A stretch of 33,392 nucleotides of DNA, taken from contig CAXBWG010000001.1 in the NCBI GenBank assembly GCA_963979105.1, positions 1-33,392 on the forward strand, read 5' to 3'. The stretch comes from an uncultured bacterium. GTDB lineage: Bacteria; Margulisbacteria; Marinamargulisbacteria; GCA-2716485; GCA-002719695. Positions 9,899 to 18,824 of this stretch are shown one piece after another. The translations under genes were made by a program, and so were the position numbers. Position 1 is the stretch's first letter. Each line of letters starts with the position of its first letter. The notes beneath the pieces are model-generated. The model did not search any database. It worked only from the letters and a program-made list of their open reading frames with translations, and was not told the DNA's origin.

Positions 9899-11981
9899 AT
9901 CATTAATTCAAAACAAAAAAGACAACATATTAATTTATGTGTTTTTAGCTATTGTTACCTCAATATTTTCATTAATCATTTTTTCACCATCTATTCCTCA
10001 AAATATAACTCTTCAAATTGGAGACATGGCACAAGAAACAATTGCATCTCCTAAATTATTAGAATTTCAAACAAAAAAAGATATTACATTAACAAATCAA
10101 CAGCAAAAAAACATCGAACAAAATATTGGAAAAATATATTCTATTAATCCAAAAATAACCAAAAACATCCGTAACAATATAAATTCTTTTTTTTCTGACT
10201 TAATTATGTCAGAAACTATAAAGTTTTACATGAAACAAATTATTACAGCTGAAGAATACACTCACTTAAAATCATTAACTAAAGAAGACCTAAAAAAACT
10301 TAAACAAGCACTTCTTATTGCAACTAACTCCATTTTAGAAAAAGGAATTTATGAAACACATCTACCTAGTATTACAAATGAATTAAACAAGCAAGTTGAT
10401 TACAATTACACAGAAGCTAAAAAAGCTGGAATAAAAGTTATTAAATTTTATATAAAACCCAATATAATAAACAATGAAAACCAGCGTCTTGCGCTCCTAA
10501 ACCAAGCAAAAAACTCAATCAAAAAAGTAACAACAACAATAAAAAAAGGAGAACCCATCATTTATCAAAATGATATTGTAAATTCCTATCATATTGAAAT
10601 ATTTAAGGCCTTACAAATGTACAACAAAAAAACAAATTTAACTCAATACTTTGGAATTTTCATTTTATGTTTTTGTGCATTGATAATATTAGAGCGTTTC
10701 ATTTATTGTTTTTCAAATTCATTTTATTCATTTAAATATATATCATTAGTCATGTTAATTTTATTAATTTTAATATTAATTTCCAGATCATTAATAACAC
10801 TTGAGTTTATCCCCAATCATCTTTCAATTTATATATTAGTACCCATTTCAATTTCTGCAATGTTATTATCTTTTTTAGTTACATCAAAAATTTCTATAAT
10901 TTGTGGAACATTTATATCACTATTTGCATCTCTTATTTTTAGCACAAGCTATGAAGCCTTTATTTTTTTATTTTTAAGTAATTGCATAACTACCTTTATT
11001 ATTTTCAATTCATATAAACGCTCAGATGTTATTGTTTGTGGATATATTATAGGACTATTTAATGTCATTATTATTTTAGGAATAGGTCTATTTACAAAAG
11101 AAGCCTCCTATATGTGGTATAGCATTAATAGTATTTTTGGATTTCTTAATGGAATTATTTCATCGATGATCACACTTGCTATTCTTCCCTATTTTGAATC
11201 GATATTCAAAATAACAACAAATCAAACTCTTTTAGAACTATCAAATCTAAATCATCCCATATTAAAACGGCTTATGTTAAATGCACCAGGAACATACCAG
11301 CATAGTTTAATGGTATCAAACTTAGCTGAAGCAGCCGCCGAAACAATTCAAGCCAATACGATTTTATGTCGAGTAGGAAGTTATTTTCATGATATAGGAA
11401 AACTAAAACGTCCTATATTTTTTAGCGAGAATCAATTTTCAGAATCTAATCCTCATGACACATTATCCCCTAGAATAAGTAAACTTATTATTATTTCACA
11501 TGTAAAAGATGGAGTTGAACTTTCAAAAAAACACAAATTACCAAAAGTGTTACAAGATATTATCGAACAACATCATGGAACTTCTCTTTTATCTATTTTT
11601 TATTCACACGCAAAAGCAGATGAAGGTAACAATATATCAACAGACGATGAATTTCGTTATTTGGGACCAAAGCCCCAAACTAAAGAAGCTGGAATTATTA
11701 TGCTTGCAGATTCAGTTGAAGCGGCAACCAAATCATTAGAAAAACCAAATCCTCAAAAAATACAAAATATTATCGACAAAGTTTTTAAATCAAAACTAGA
11801 TGATTTACAACTATCTGAATGTCCTCTAAGTCTTAATGAAATTTATATGATTAAATCATCATTTTTATATTTATTTAAAGGGATGTATCATAACAGAGTA
11901 GATTATTCATCTGAATTAAAATCCTTTGAAAATTCAACAAAACAAAAACCTGATTCTAATTCCAAAAAAACAAATGAATAA
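9876..11981 (+). CDS. pgpH: 7TM-receptor/HD-domain membrane phosphohydrolase (PgpH/YqfF family, candidate c-di-AMP phosphodiesterase)
   Basis: An N-terminal TM is followed by an extracytoplasmic region and a block of about 7 TM helices. The HD domain carries HSLMVSNLAEAAA, GSYFHDIGK, HHGT. Apparent TTG start overlapping miaA by 23 nt. The position upstream of ybeY matches the conserved operon. Confidence 0.85.
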   Translation: MKILTGFKSLIQNKKDNILIYVFLAIVTSIFSLIIFSPSIPQNITLQIGDMAQETIASPKLLEFQTKKDITLTNQQQKNIEQNIGKIYSINPKITKNIRNNINSFFSDLIMSETIKFYMKQIITAEEYTHLKSLTKEDLKKLKQALLIATNSILEKGIYETHLPSITNELNKQVDYNYTEAKKAGIKVIKFYIKPNIINNENQRLALLNQAKNSIKKVTTTIKKGEPIIYQNDIVNSYHIEIFKALQMYNKKTNLTQYFGIFILCFCALIILERFIYCFSNSFYSFKYISLVMLILLILILISRSLITLEFIPNHLSIYILVPISISAMLLSFLVTSKISIICGTFISLFASLIFSTSYEAFIFLFLSNCITTFIIFNSYKRSDVIVCGYIIGLFNVIIILGIGLFTKEASYMWYSINSIFGFLNGIISSMITLAILPYFESIFKITTNQTLLELSNLNHPILKRLMLNAPGTYQHSLMVSNLAEAAAETIQANTILCRVGSYFHDIGKLKRPIFFSENQFSESNPHDTLSPRISKLIIISHVKDGVELSKKHKLPKVLQDIIEQHHGTSLLSIFYSHAKADEGNNISTDDEFRYLGPKPQTKEAGIIMLADSVEAATKSLEKPNPQKIQNIIDKVFKSKLDDLQLSECPLSLNEIYMIKSSFLYLFKGMYHNRVDYSSELKSFENSTKQKPDSNSKKTNE

Positions 11982-12402
11982 TAATAAAGAATTTATTCAA
12001 ATAAATTATTCAACAGAAATAAAATTAAATTTTAATGTTAAAGAATTTATTAAAAACGCACTTAATATATTTAATTTTCAACTAATATTTTTCGAATTAT
12101 CATTTACAAACGATGAACAAATCAAACAAATCCATAATCAATATTTAAATTTAAATACGACCACAGATGTTATTACATTCAATTTAAATAACCTAGAAGA
12201 ACCTCACGGAGATATTTATATTTGTATTGATGAAGCAAAAAGAAATGCAAAAAGCTTAAACCATTGTCTGGATTATGAAATAAAAACATTAATCATTCAT
12301 GCGTTACTACATTTAATTGGATATACAGACACTACAAAGGCTGAAAAAGAAAAAATGTTTAAAGAACAAGACAGACTATTAAATTTATTAACAACAGCCT
12401 AA
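11974..12402 (+). CDS. ybeY: rRNA maturation endoribonuclease YbeY
   Basis: Metal-binding motif HALLHLIGYTD, about 140 aa. I chose ATG 11974 (MNNNKEF), which overlaps the pgpH stop; the ORF-track TTG at 11926 lies inside pgpH. Confidence 0.85.
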   Translation: MNNNKEFIQINYSTEIKLNFNVKEFIKNALNIFNFQLIFFELSFTNDEQIKQIHNQYLNLNTTTDVITFNLNNLEEPHGDIYICIDEAKRNAKSLNHCLDYEIKTLIIHALLHLIGYTDTTKAEKEKMFKEQDRLLNLLTTA

Positions 12403-12779
12403 TGAAACATAAAAATTCAATTATATCCAGCTTCAAAGTTGCATTGAAAGGTTTGAAGATAGCATTTATTTCAGAAAAAAACATAAAAATACATTCAATC
12501 ATAGCACTGCTAACACTAATACTAAGTTTTATATGTCAGCTATCTACAATAGAAATAGCAATTATCTTATTATGCATAGGCATAGTAATCTCTTTAGAGC
12601 TTATTAATACAGCATTAGAGTCCTTTTTAAACTTATACTCAACACAATACAACTCAACAATAAAAAACATCAAAGATATCGCAGCTGCAAGTGTTTTATT
12701 TATAAGCACAATAGCATTCACCATAGGATGCGTAATTTTTATTCCAAAATGTTTAAAATATATTGAATTATGGAAATAA
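12402..12779 (+). CDS. dgkA: diacylglycerol/undecaprenol kinase (DgkA family)
   Basis: 125 aa with 3 TM helices and motifs EKNIKIH and SLELINTALE. The start overlaps the ybeY stop (TAATG). Confidence 0.8.
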   Translation: MKHKNSIISSFKVALKGLKIAFISEKNIKIHSIIALLTLILSFICQLSTIEIAIILLCIGIVISLELINTALESFLNLYSTQYNSTIKNIKDIAAASVLFISTIAFTIGCVIFIPKCLKYIELWK

Positions 12780-12798
12780 TAGAATATTATATAAGTTT

Positions 12799-14091
12799 AT
12801 GACTAATACATTAATATTTTTATCCTTTATTTTGTTATCTTCTTTTTTTTCTGGAGCAGAAACAGCATTCACTGCAATAAATAGAATAAAACTAAGATCT
12901 ATAATTGAAAAAAAAGAAAAAAAGACAACCTATTTAGAATTTCTGTTAAGATCTCCAAAAAAATTACTTACATGTATTTTAATTGGAAATAATCTTGCAA
13001 ACATAGCCGCAACTACGTTTGCAACAGCATTTTTCATAAACATATTTAAATCTGTAGGAATTCATAGCATTGCAACATCATTAACACTAATCACAATTAT
13101 AGTTACCTTTATTTTGTTAATTTTTGGAGAGATATCCCCAAAAACATTTGCAATGAAAAACCCAACAAAATGGGCTTTGCGAATTTCTCCAATAATTTAT
13201 TACATCTATATTGGATTATACCCTTTAGTATTACTATTTTATTCATTTTCAAAAATTATAAGCAAAATTTTAGGCATTAAATCAACTTCAAACTCACATT
13301 TAACAGAAGAGGAAATTAAACTGTTAATCCAACTTGGACAAGAAGATGGAATCTTAGAAAAAGAAGAACAAAAAATGCTACATGGCGTAATAAATGTTTT
13401 TGATAAAGTTGTAAGAGAAATTATGACACCAAGAACAGATATGATATGTATTGAAATAACAGATAATGTTTCAAATGTAATTAACATAATAACCACAAAA
13501 GGTCATTCAAGAATCCCAATATATGAAGACAAAATAGACAATATAATAGGGTTTATTTACGCAAAAGACTTATTAAATATAAACCCTTCAATTAAAACAC
13601 ATAATCTAAGAAGTTTTATGAGAGAAGCTATATTTATTCCAGAAACGAAATCAATAGAATCATTATTACAACAAATGAGAAAATCAAAATTTCATTTAGC
13701 TGTGGTAGTAGACGAACACGGAGGTGTATCCGGACTTGTAACAATGGAAGATATTATTGAGGAAATAGTAGGAGAAATACATGATGAATACGACAAAGAC
13801 AATGTATATATTAAACAAATTAATACCAATCATCTTATTATAAATGCCAAAACAAATTTAGATGAACTATCAAGTTATTTAAACTTTACATTCCCTAAAA
13901 AAGACGATTATGACACAGTTGCTGGCTTTATTTTATATGAATTAGGATCCTTTCCTAAAAAAAATCAAGTAATCAAATATGAACATTTTGAATTCATTAT
14001 AAAAGATATTCGGAATCGACGAATAATTGCATTTGATGTTAAAATCAATAAATCAACTGAAGAAGTCGATAATGCAAATGAAAATAAATAA
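12799..14091 (+). CDS. DUF21/CBS-pair/CorC_HlyC membrane protein (hemolysin-like TlyC/CorC family)
   Basis: N-terminal DUF21 TM region (FFSGAETAFTA), a CBS pair (REIMTPRTDM..., HLAVVVDEHGGVSGLVTMEDIIEEIVGEI) and a C-terminal transporter-associated domain. Start taken at ATG 12799; the TTG at 12763 lies inside dgkA. Confidence 0.85.
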   Translation: MTNTLIFLSFILLSSFFSGAETAFTAINRIKLRSIIEKKEKKTTYLEFLLRSPKKLLTCILIGNNLANIAATTFATAFFINIFKSVGIHSIATSLTLITIIVTFILLIFGEISPKTFAMKNPTKWALRISPIIYYIYIGLYPLVLLFYSFSKIISKILGIKSTSNSHLTEEEIKLLIQLGQEDGILEKEEQKMLHGVINVFDKVVREIMTPRTDMICIEITDNVSNVINIITTKGHSRIPIYEDKIDNIIGFIYAKDLLNINPSIKTHNLRSFMREAIFIPETKSIESLLQQMRKSKFHLAVVVDEHGGVSGLVTMEDIIEEIVGEIHDEYDKDNVYIKQINTNHLIINAKTNLDELSSYLNFTFPKKDDYDTVAGFILYELGSFPKKNQVIKYEHFEFIIKDIRNRRIIAFDVKINKSTEEVDNANENK

Positions 14092-16387
14092 ATTAAACAC
14101 CAAATTTTTAACAAAACTAAAATTAAATAAAAGTCCTCTAAACTATTTTAAATCTATACTAGTTAACCGTGGATTTGATAATTTTGTAATACTTTCAGAC
14201 TACGCCAATAGACTCTGGCCACACTGGATTCACAAGTATCTAGATCCCAATCAAAAAAACATGTCTTATGAAAATACAATATTAACAATAATTAATAACA
14301 AATTTAGAAACTGGACCTATTTAAAAGAAAAAAACACTAAGACAACAATAACTGTTGATCCTCATGGATTAATATTTATAGAAAACTCACCATATTCGAT
14401 TGATTTTTGGATAGCTGAAGAAGATAATTTTTATTTTTATGCAAAAAGTAAAAATGTAAAACAAAAATATCACCCGCAACATAACACTATAGAAACTAGT
14501 CACAGCTTTAATCAACTAAACATAGTAAGCTCTACATTTTTTAGATCATTACCTCAAAAACACAATATTTTATTTTGCGATAACAAAATCACAAACACCT
14601 CAAATACAAAAAAATCATTATCTTTTTTCATTTCAATCCGCCCCTATGACCTCGAAGGAGTAACCTCCTTAAAAAAAATTCAATATGTCCAATCTAATGC
14701 ATTTTTAATTAACTCTAAACTGAGCATATGCCTTGATAATAAACCCGATAATATTCTATGCCTCCCATTTTCACATGGGGATGTATCTCAGTTTCACAAC
14801 AAACTAGAGATGATTTTCCAGGCAACATGTAACCACAAAAAAGCATCAGGAGTAGCGCAATTCAATCTCAATCTAGACCCTGGGGAATCTAAAATAATTT
14901 CCTTTAAATCACCATTTACAAAAAACAAAATATCTAAATATTTATTTTCCAAAAAATATAAAATAGAAAATTTAAAATTAAAAATAAATAATTTAAAAAA
15001 GCTATCTTCATCTCAATCAATTATTGATTCTAGCGTATCAAAAACTGAAACTCAAATTAAAACACCAGACAAAAAGATTAACACCTTTTTAAAATCAATC
15101 TATGCACAACTATCTAGCTCATATAATTATACAGATATAAACACGGGTATATACTTTAATTATTTATATAATTCATCAGATTTCTTAAACTATATTATAT
15201 TGCTACATAAATTTGGGTATTCAAACAATGATTTAAACATAACATTAAATAATCTATATTTTAAAAAAGTATTAAAAGAATTAAAAAGTCAAAAATTCGC
15301 CTACGAAAAATTAGGTCAATGGTTTGATCAAGTATACTACCTATATAACTCAAAAATATTAACATTAACAAAAGAAAAACTTTTAATAATAAAAGACATA
15401 CTAAGTTACTGTATTGGAAACCTAGAAAATTTTAACACTATTAATACAAAAATTTTAAACAAAAGAAATTGCGAAAGAAAAAATAAAAAAAGAAATTATT
15501 TAATAGACAATTTATCTGTATTGCAAAGTATAAAAACATATAAAGAACTATTAAACCATTCATCTATTTTTTCAACAAAAAAGTTAAACAAAGAATTTGA
15601 GAAAACAAATCATGCAGAAATTGTTTTAACAAATGGAATTCAAGAATTTATTAAAACTACTACTAAAAAAACTCTCATAAAAGACCTAATTTCACCAAAC
15701 TTATCCCAAACAGTAACGCTAAACTCCATTGAATGCACACAGTATTTTACTAAACTATTTCCAACAAAAACAACATTAATTCAAAAAACTATAGAGGAAA
15801 TTAAAACTCAATATTTTCATAACGGTATAGTTTATTCAGGAATAAACCCCTCAGGATATCCATTACATAGTAATTTATCTTATGCAGATATACTGTATAA
15901 TTTAAATGATACCGAGTATTTTAATTTCTTAAATTCGTTGCTAAATCTTACAACAGATACATATACACTACCTAATGTAATTCATTTAACAACCAAATGT
16001 GGAAGCGAGGGAGACGGGCATAATATTTTAATTACAACATTACTGGCACTAAAGCTTATAAAATGTTTTATAGAAGAGAATCCAGCTAGCTTAGAACTAT
16101 TTAAACACACACCAAAAGAGTGGTTAGTGAATGAAAAATTATATATAACAAATATAAACACATCATTTGGCGAATTCTCATTCCAATTAACCCCGAAAGA
16201 AAAGACAGTAGAATTGAATTTTAATCTTTCAGAAACATCTCCCTGCGCATTTATTATTATTCATGTCCCAAATGAATTCAAAAAATTCTCAATTTCAGAA
16301 AATATTTTTGAAATTTCAAAACCCGATATAAAAATACCAATAAACTCAAAAAAGGTTATATTTCATAAATCAAATGAAAATAAATGA
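14072..16387 (+). CDS. large hypothetical protein (about 770 aa), no recognisable family
   Basis: A long uninterrupted ORF in an AT-rich genome, translationally linked to both neighbours. It overlaps the corC-like stop and the downstream methyltransferase start. Candidate starts are ATG 14072 and 14078. There is no signal peptide, no TM helix and no motif I can name. Confidence 0.6.
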   Translation: MQMKINKLNTKFLTKLKLNKSPLNYFKSILVNRGFDNFVILSDYANRLWPHWIHKYLDPNQKNMSYENTILTIINNKFRNWTYLKEKNTKTTITVDPHGLIFIENSPYSIDFWIAEEDNFYFYAKSKNVKQKYHPQHNTIETSHSFNQLNIVSSTFFRSLPQKHNILFCDNKITNTSNTKKSLSFFISIRPYDLEGVTSLKKIQYVQSNAFLINSKLSICLDNKPDNILCLPFSHGDVSQFHNKLEMIFQATCNHKKASGVAQFNLNLDPGESKIISFKSPFTKNKISKYLFSKKYKIENLKLKINNLKKLSSSQSIIDSSVSKTETQIKTPDKKINTFLKSIYAQLSSSYNYTDINTGIYFNYLYNSSDFLNYIILLHKFGYSNNDLNITLNNLYFKKVLKELKSQKFAYEKLGQWFDQVYYLYNSKILTLTKEKLLIIKDILSYCIGNLENFNTINTKILNKRNCERKNKKRNYLIDNLSVLQSIKTYKELLNHSSIFSTKKLNKEFEKTNHAEIVLTNGIQEFIKTTTKKTLIKDLISPNLSQTVTLNSIECTQYFTKLFPTKTTLIQKTIEEIKTQYFHNGIVYSGINPSGYPLHSNLSYADILYNLNDTEYFNFLNSLLNLTTDTYTLPNVIHLTTKCGSEGDGHNILITTLLALKLIKCFIEENPASLELFKHTPKEWLVNEKLYITNINTSFGEFSFQLTPKEKTVELNFNLSETSPCAFIIIHVPNEFKKFSISENIFEISKPDIKIPINSKKVIFHKSNENK

Positions 16388-17720
16388 TGAAATAACCTCT
16401 ATTTCTATTGAGAAGTTAGTAAATGAAGGGCTCGCCTTAAATTATATTAACAACAAAACAGTATTAATATATAACGCAATTCCAGGTGACATTGTTACAA
16501 TTAAAATAATAAAAAAGAAAAAAAGAATATTCTTTGCAAAAGTAATAAAAATTGAAAAAAAATCCGAATTCAGAAAAACTTCAAATTGTATACATAGTAA
16601 AACTTGCGGCGGATGTATATATCAAGAAATTGACTATGCAACACAAATAAAATTTAAAGAAACCGTATTAAAAGATATAATAAATTATAATTTACCTGAA
16701 TTAGAAAACATTGTCTGGCCAATAAAAAAATGTAATAAAATACAATATCATCGTAACAAAATGGAATTTGCATTTTCAAAAAAAGATTCTAAGTTAATTT
16801 TAGGACTTAAAGAAAAAAATTCTTTTGATAACGTAGTTGAAGTTGAAGACTGCAAATTATTATCCAAAGAATCTAATGAATTTCTAAAATTTACAACAAA
16901 CTATTTTTCAAATATAAATATTGAACTTTGGGATTCAAGAGAACAGAAAGGATGTCTAAGCCACTTAGCTATCAGGCATTCAAAAGCATTTGATAATTAC
17001 ATGGTAAATATTAAAGCCCATTCATATAATGACACCTTTAATAATTATGCAACCGCTTTAACAAAAGAATACAAAAAAATAACATCAGTGAATCTAATCC
17101 TAATAAATGAAAAAAAAGGATCCCCAACAACAACTCAGAGTATAAATCTTATAGGAACTAAAACCTTAAAAGAAAATATTGGAGATTTAACATTTTTAAT
17201 ATCTCCGTTATCCTTTTTTCAAACAAATACAGAACAAACAAACATACTTTATGACACAATCAAGGAACTAGCCAGTATAAAAGAAAACTCAAAATTATTA
17301 GATTTATACTGTGGTACAGGAACCATAGGTTTATATCTTTGCGATAAAGAGGGATTTGTAACGGGCATTGAAGAGATAGAAGCCGCCATTGAAAATGCGA
17401 AAGAAAATGCAAATATAAATAAAATAAAAAACACTAATTTTTATGCGGGTAAAGTGAAAAATATTTTAAAGTTTAATGAATTTGATATCACAACAATAAT
17501 CGTAGATCCTCCAAGATCTGGAATGACACCAAAGGCACTTAAACGAACTGCTGAGCTAAGATGCAAAGATATAATATATGTATCATGTAACCCGATAACA
17601 TTAATGAGAGACATAAAGGAATTTATAAAACTTAACTATAAAGTAACCCATTTAATTCCAGTAGATATGTTTCCTCATACATACCATCTTGAATGTGTAG
17701 TAAAGCTTAGGTTAAACTAA
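16374..17720 (+). CDS. rlmD: 23S rRNA (uracil-C5)-methyltransferase, RlmD/RumA (TrmA) family
   Basis: N-terminal TRAM-like domain, Fe-S cysteines CIHSKTCGGC, SAM motif LDLYCGTGTIG, and catalytic VDPPRSG and YVSCNP. Confidence 0.85.
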   Translation: MKINDEITSISIEKLVNEGLALNYINNKTVLIYNAIPGDIVTIKIIKKKKRIFFAKVIKIEKKSEFRKTSNCIHSKTCGGCIYQEIDYATQIKFKETVLKDIINYNLPELENIVWPIKKCNKIQYHRNKMEFAFSKKDSKLILGLKEKNSFDNVVEVEDCKLLSKESNEFLKFTTNYFSNINIELWDSREQKGCLSHLAIRHSKAFDNYMVNIKAHSYNDTFNNYATALTKEYKKITSVNLILINEKKGSPTTTQSINLIGTKTLKENIGDLTFLISPLSFFQTNTEQTNILYDTIKELASIKENSKLLDLYCGTGTIGLYLCDKEGFVTGIEEIEAAIENAKENANINKIKNTNFYAGKVKNILKFNEFDITTIIVDPPRSGMTPKALKRTAELRCKDIIYVSCNPITLMRDIKEFIKLNYKVTHLIPVDMFPHTYHLECVVKLRLN

Positions 17721-17726
17721 CACTAT

Positions 17727-18098
17727 ATGAACCAAAATTATTCAACAGGACATCATCATATAGATGAACATCACGAACATCTTTTAGAACTAATTACTCA
17801 ACTTGATAGCGTAATCCAAACAAATAGAAGAAAAAACATAGAACCACTAATAGTTTTTCTAGAAGATTATTCTGAAGATCACTTTAAAGAAGAAGAAGAT
17901 ATCATGAAACAAACGAATTATATTGGATACTCTCTTCATAAAGCGGAACATCAAAAATTTAAACATTTAATAAAAGATCTAAGAAATTTATACGAAAAAG
18001 ATAAGCCAACAGCTCATTTGGTATTTTTTATAAGAAAAATTATTGATCAATTAGTCACACATATTAAAACCATAGATGTATCTATAAAAGATTTATAA
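17727..18098 (+). CDS. bacteriohemerythrin (HHE cation-binding domain)
   Basis: Hemerythrin ligand pattern: HIDEHHEHLL, HFKEEEDIM...YSLHKAEHQKF, LVTHIKTID; 123 aa. Confidence 0.85.
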   Translation: MNQNYSTGHHHIDEHHEHLLELITQLDSVIQTNRRKNIEPLIVFLEDYSEDHFKEEEDIMKQTNYIGYSLHKAEHQKFKHLIKDLRNLYEKDKPTAHLVFFIRKIIDQLVTHIKTIDVSIKDL

Positions 18099-18109
18099 AG
18101 GAGGGTTAA

Positions 18110-18553
18110 ATGCAATCAAATCCACACACAATTTTCGAAGACTATCTAAAAAGCACAGAAGGTAGATACACAAAAACAAAACGACTTATTACAAATGAAA
18201 TTTTTTGTTTAAACGATCATTTTGAAATAGAAAATTTTATAGACCATTTAAGAGTAAAAACAAAACTTATATCCAGAGCAACCGTATACAGAACAGTAAA
18301 ACAATTACTAGAAGCACAACTCCTTCAAAAAATATCAACAAAAGATGGTAAAGTATTTTATGAACAATCATTACCTCAAAAAGAACATGCACATATAATT
18401 TGTAATAATTGTGGAAAAATTATTGAAATGCACGAATCTAAATTACATAAAATTATAGAAGACTATTGCAAAAAAATTAAATTTTCTATCGACTATCAAT
18501 CGATTCATATATATGGTGAGTGCACTGACAAAAAAAAATGTAAAAAAGCATAA
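18110..18553 (+). CDS. fur: Fur-family metalloregulator (Fur/PerR/Zur type not resolvable)
   Basis: Winged-helix segment ISRATVYRTVKQLLEAQLL, metal ligands EHAHIICNNCGKII (HxH, CxxC) and a C-terminal GECTDKKKC. A strong SD, AAGGAGGG, sits 5 nt upstream of the ATG. Confidence 0.85.
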   Translation: MQSNPHTIFEDYLKSTEGRYTKTKRLITNEIFCLNDHFEIENFIDHLRVKTKLISRATVYRTVKQLLEAQLLQKISTKDGKVFYEQSLPQKEHAHIICNNCGKIIEMHESKLHKIIEDYCKKIKFSIDYQSIHIYGECTDKKKCKKA

Positions 18554-18576
18554 AAAGTTTAATAAAAAAAATTAAT

Positions 18577-18585
18577 TGGTATAAT
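18577..18585 (+). promoter_or_regulatory. candidate extended -10 promoter element (TGGTATAAT) immediately upstream of the nqrM-like ORF
   Basis: TGnTATAAT is matched exactly at 18577-18585. Only 5 nt separate it from ATG 18591 and there is no SD between them, so any transcript from here would be leaderless or nearly so. Confidence 0.3.
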
Positions 18586-18590
18586 ACAAT

Positions 18591-18824
18591 ATGATAAATA
18601 TATTTATAGGATCATTCATTATTTGCTCGGTATGCTTTATTTTTATTGGTGTAGGAGTTTTATTTTTAGGGAAAACAGCTAAGCATGAAGCTTGTGGACG
18701 AGTACCAGATCTTGAAGATCAAAATGAATGTGCATCACAAAAAGCAGGTTTGTGTCCATTTGAAGATAAAACCGGCGCTTTAAAAATACAAAGAAAAACA
18801 AGACTTACCTATCCTAAGATTTAA
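18591..18824 (+). CDS. nqrM: small Cys-containing single-TM protein, NqrM-like (DUF539) Nqr maturation factor candidate
   Basis: 77 aa with one N-terminal TM helix, followed by a basic stretch and spaced cysteines (ACGR...NECASQ...GLCPFED). Size, topology and proximity to nqr-apbE resemble NqrM. The identification rests on pattern only. Confidence 0.5.
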   Translation: MINIFIGSFIICSVCFIFIGVGVLFLGKTAKHEACGRVPDLEDQNECASQKAGLCPFEDKTGALKIQRKTRLTYPKI

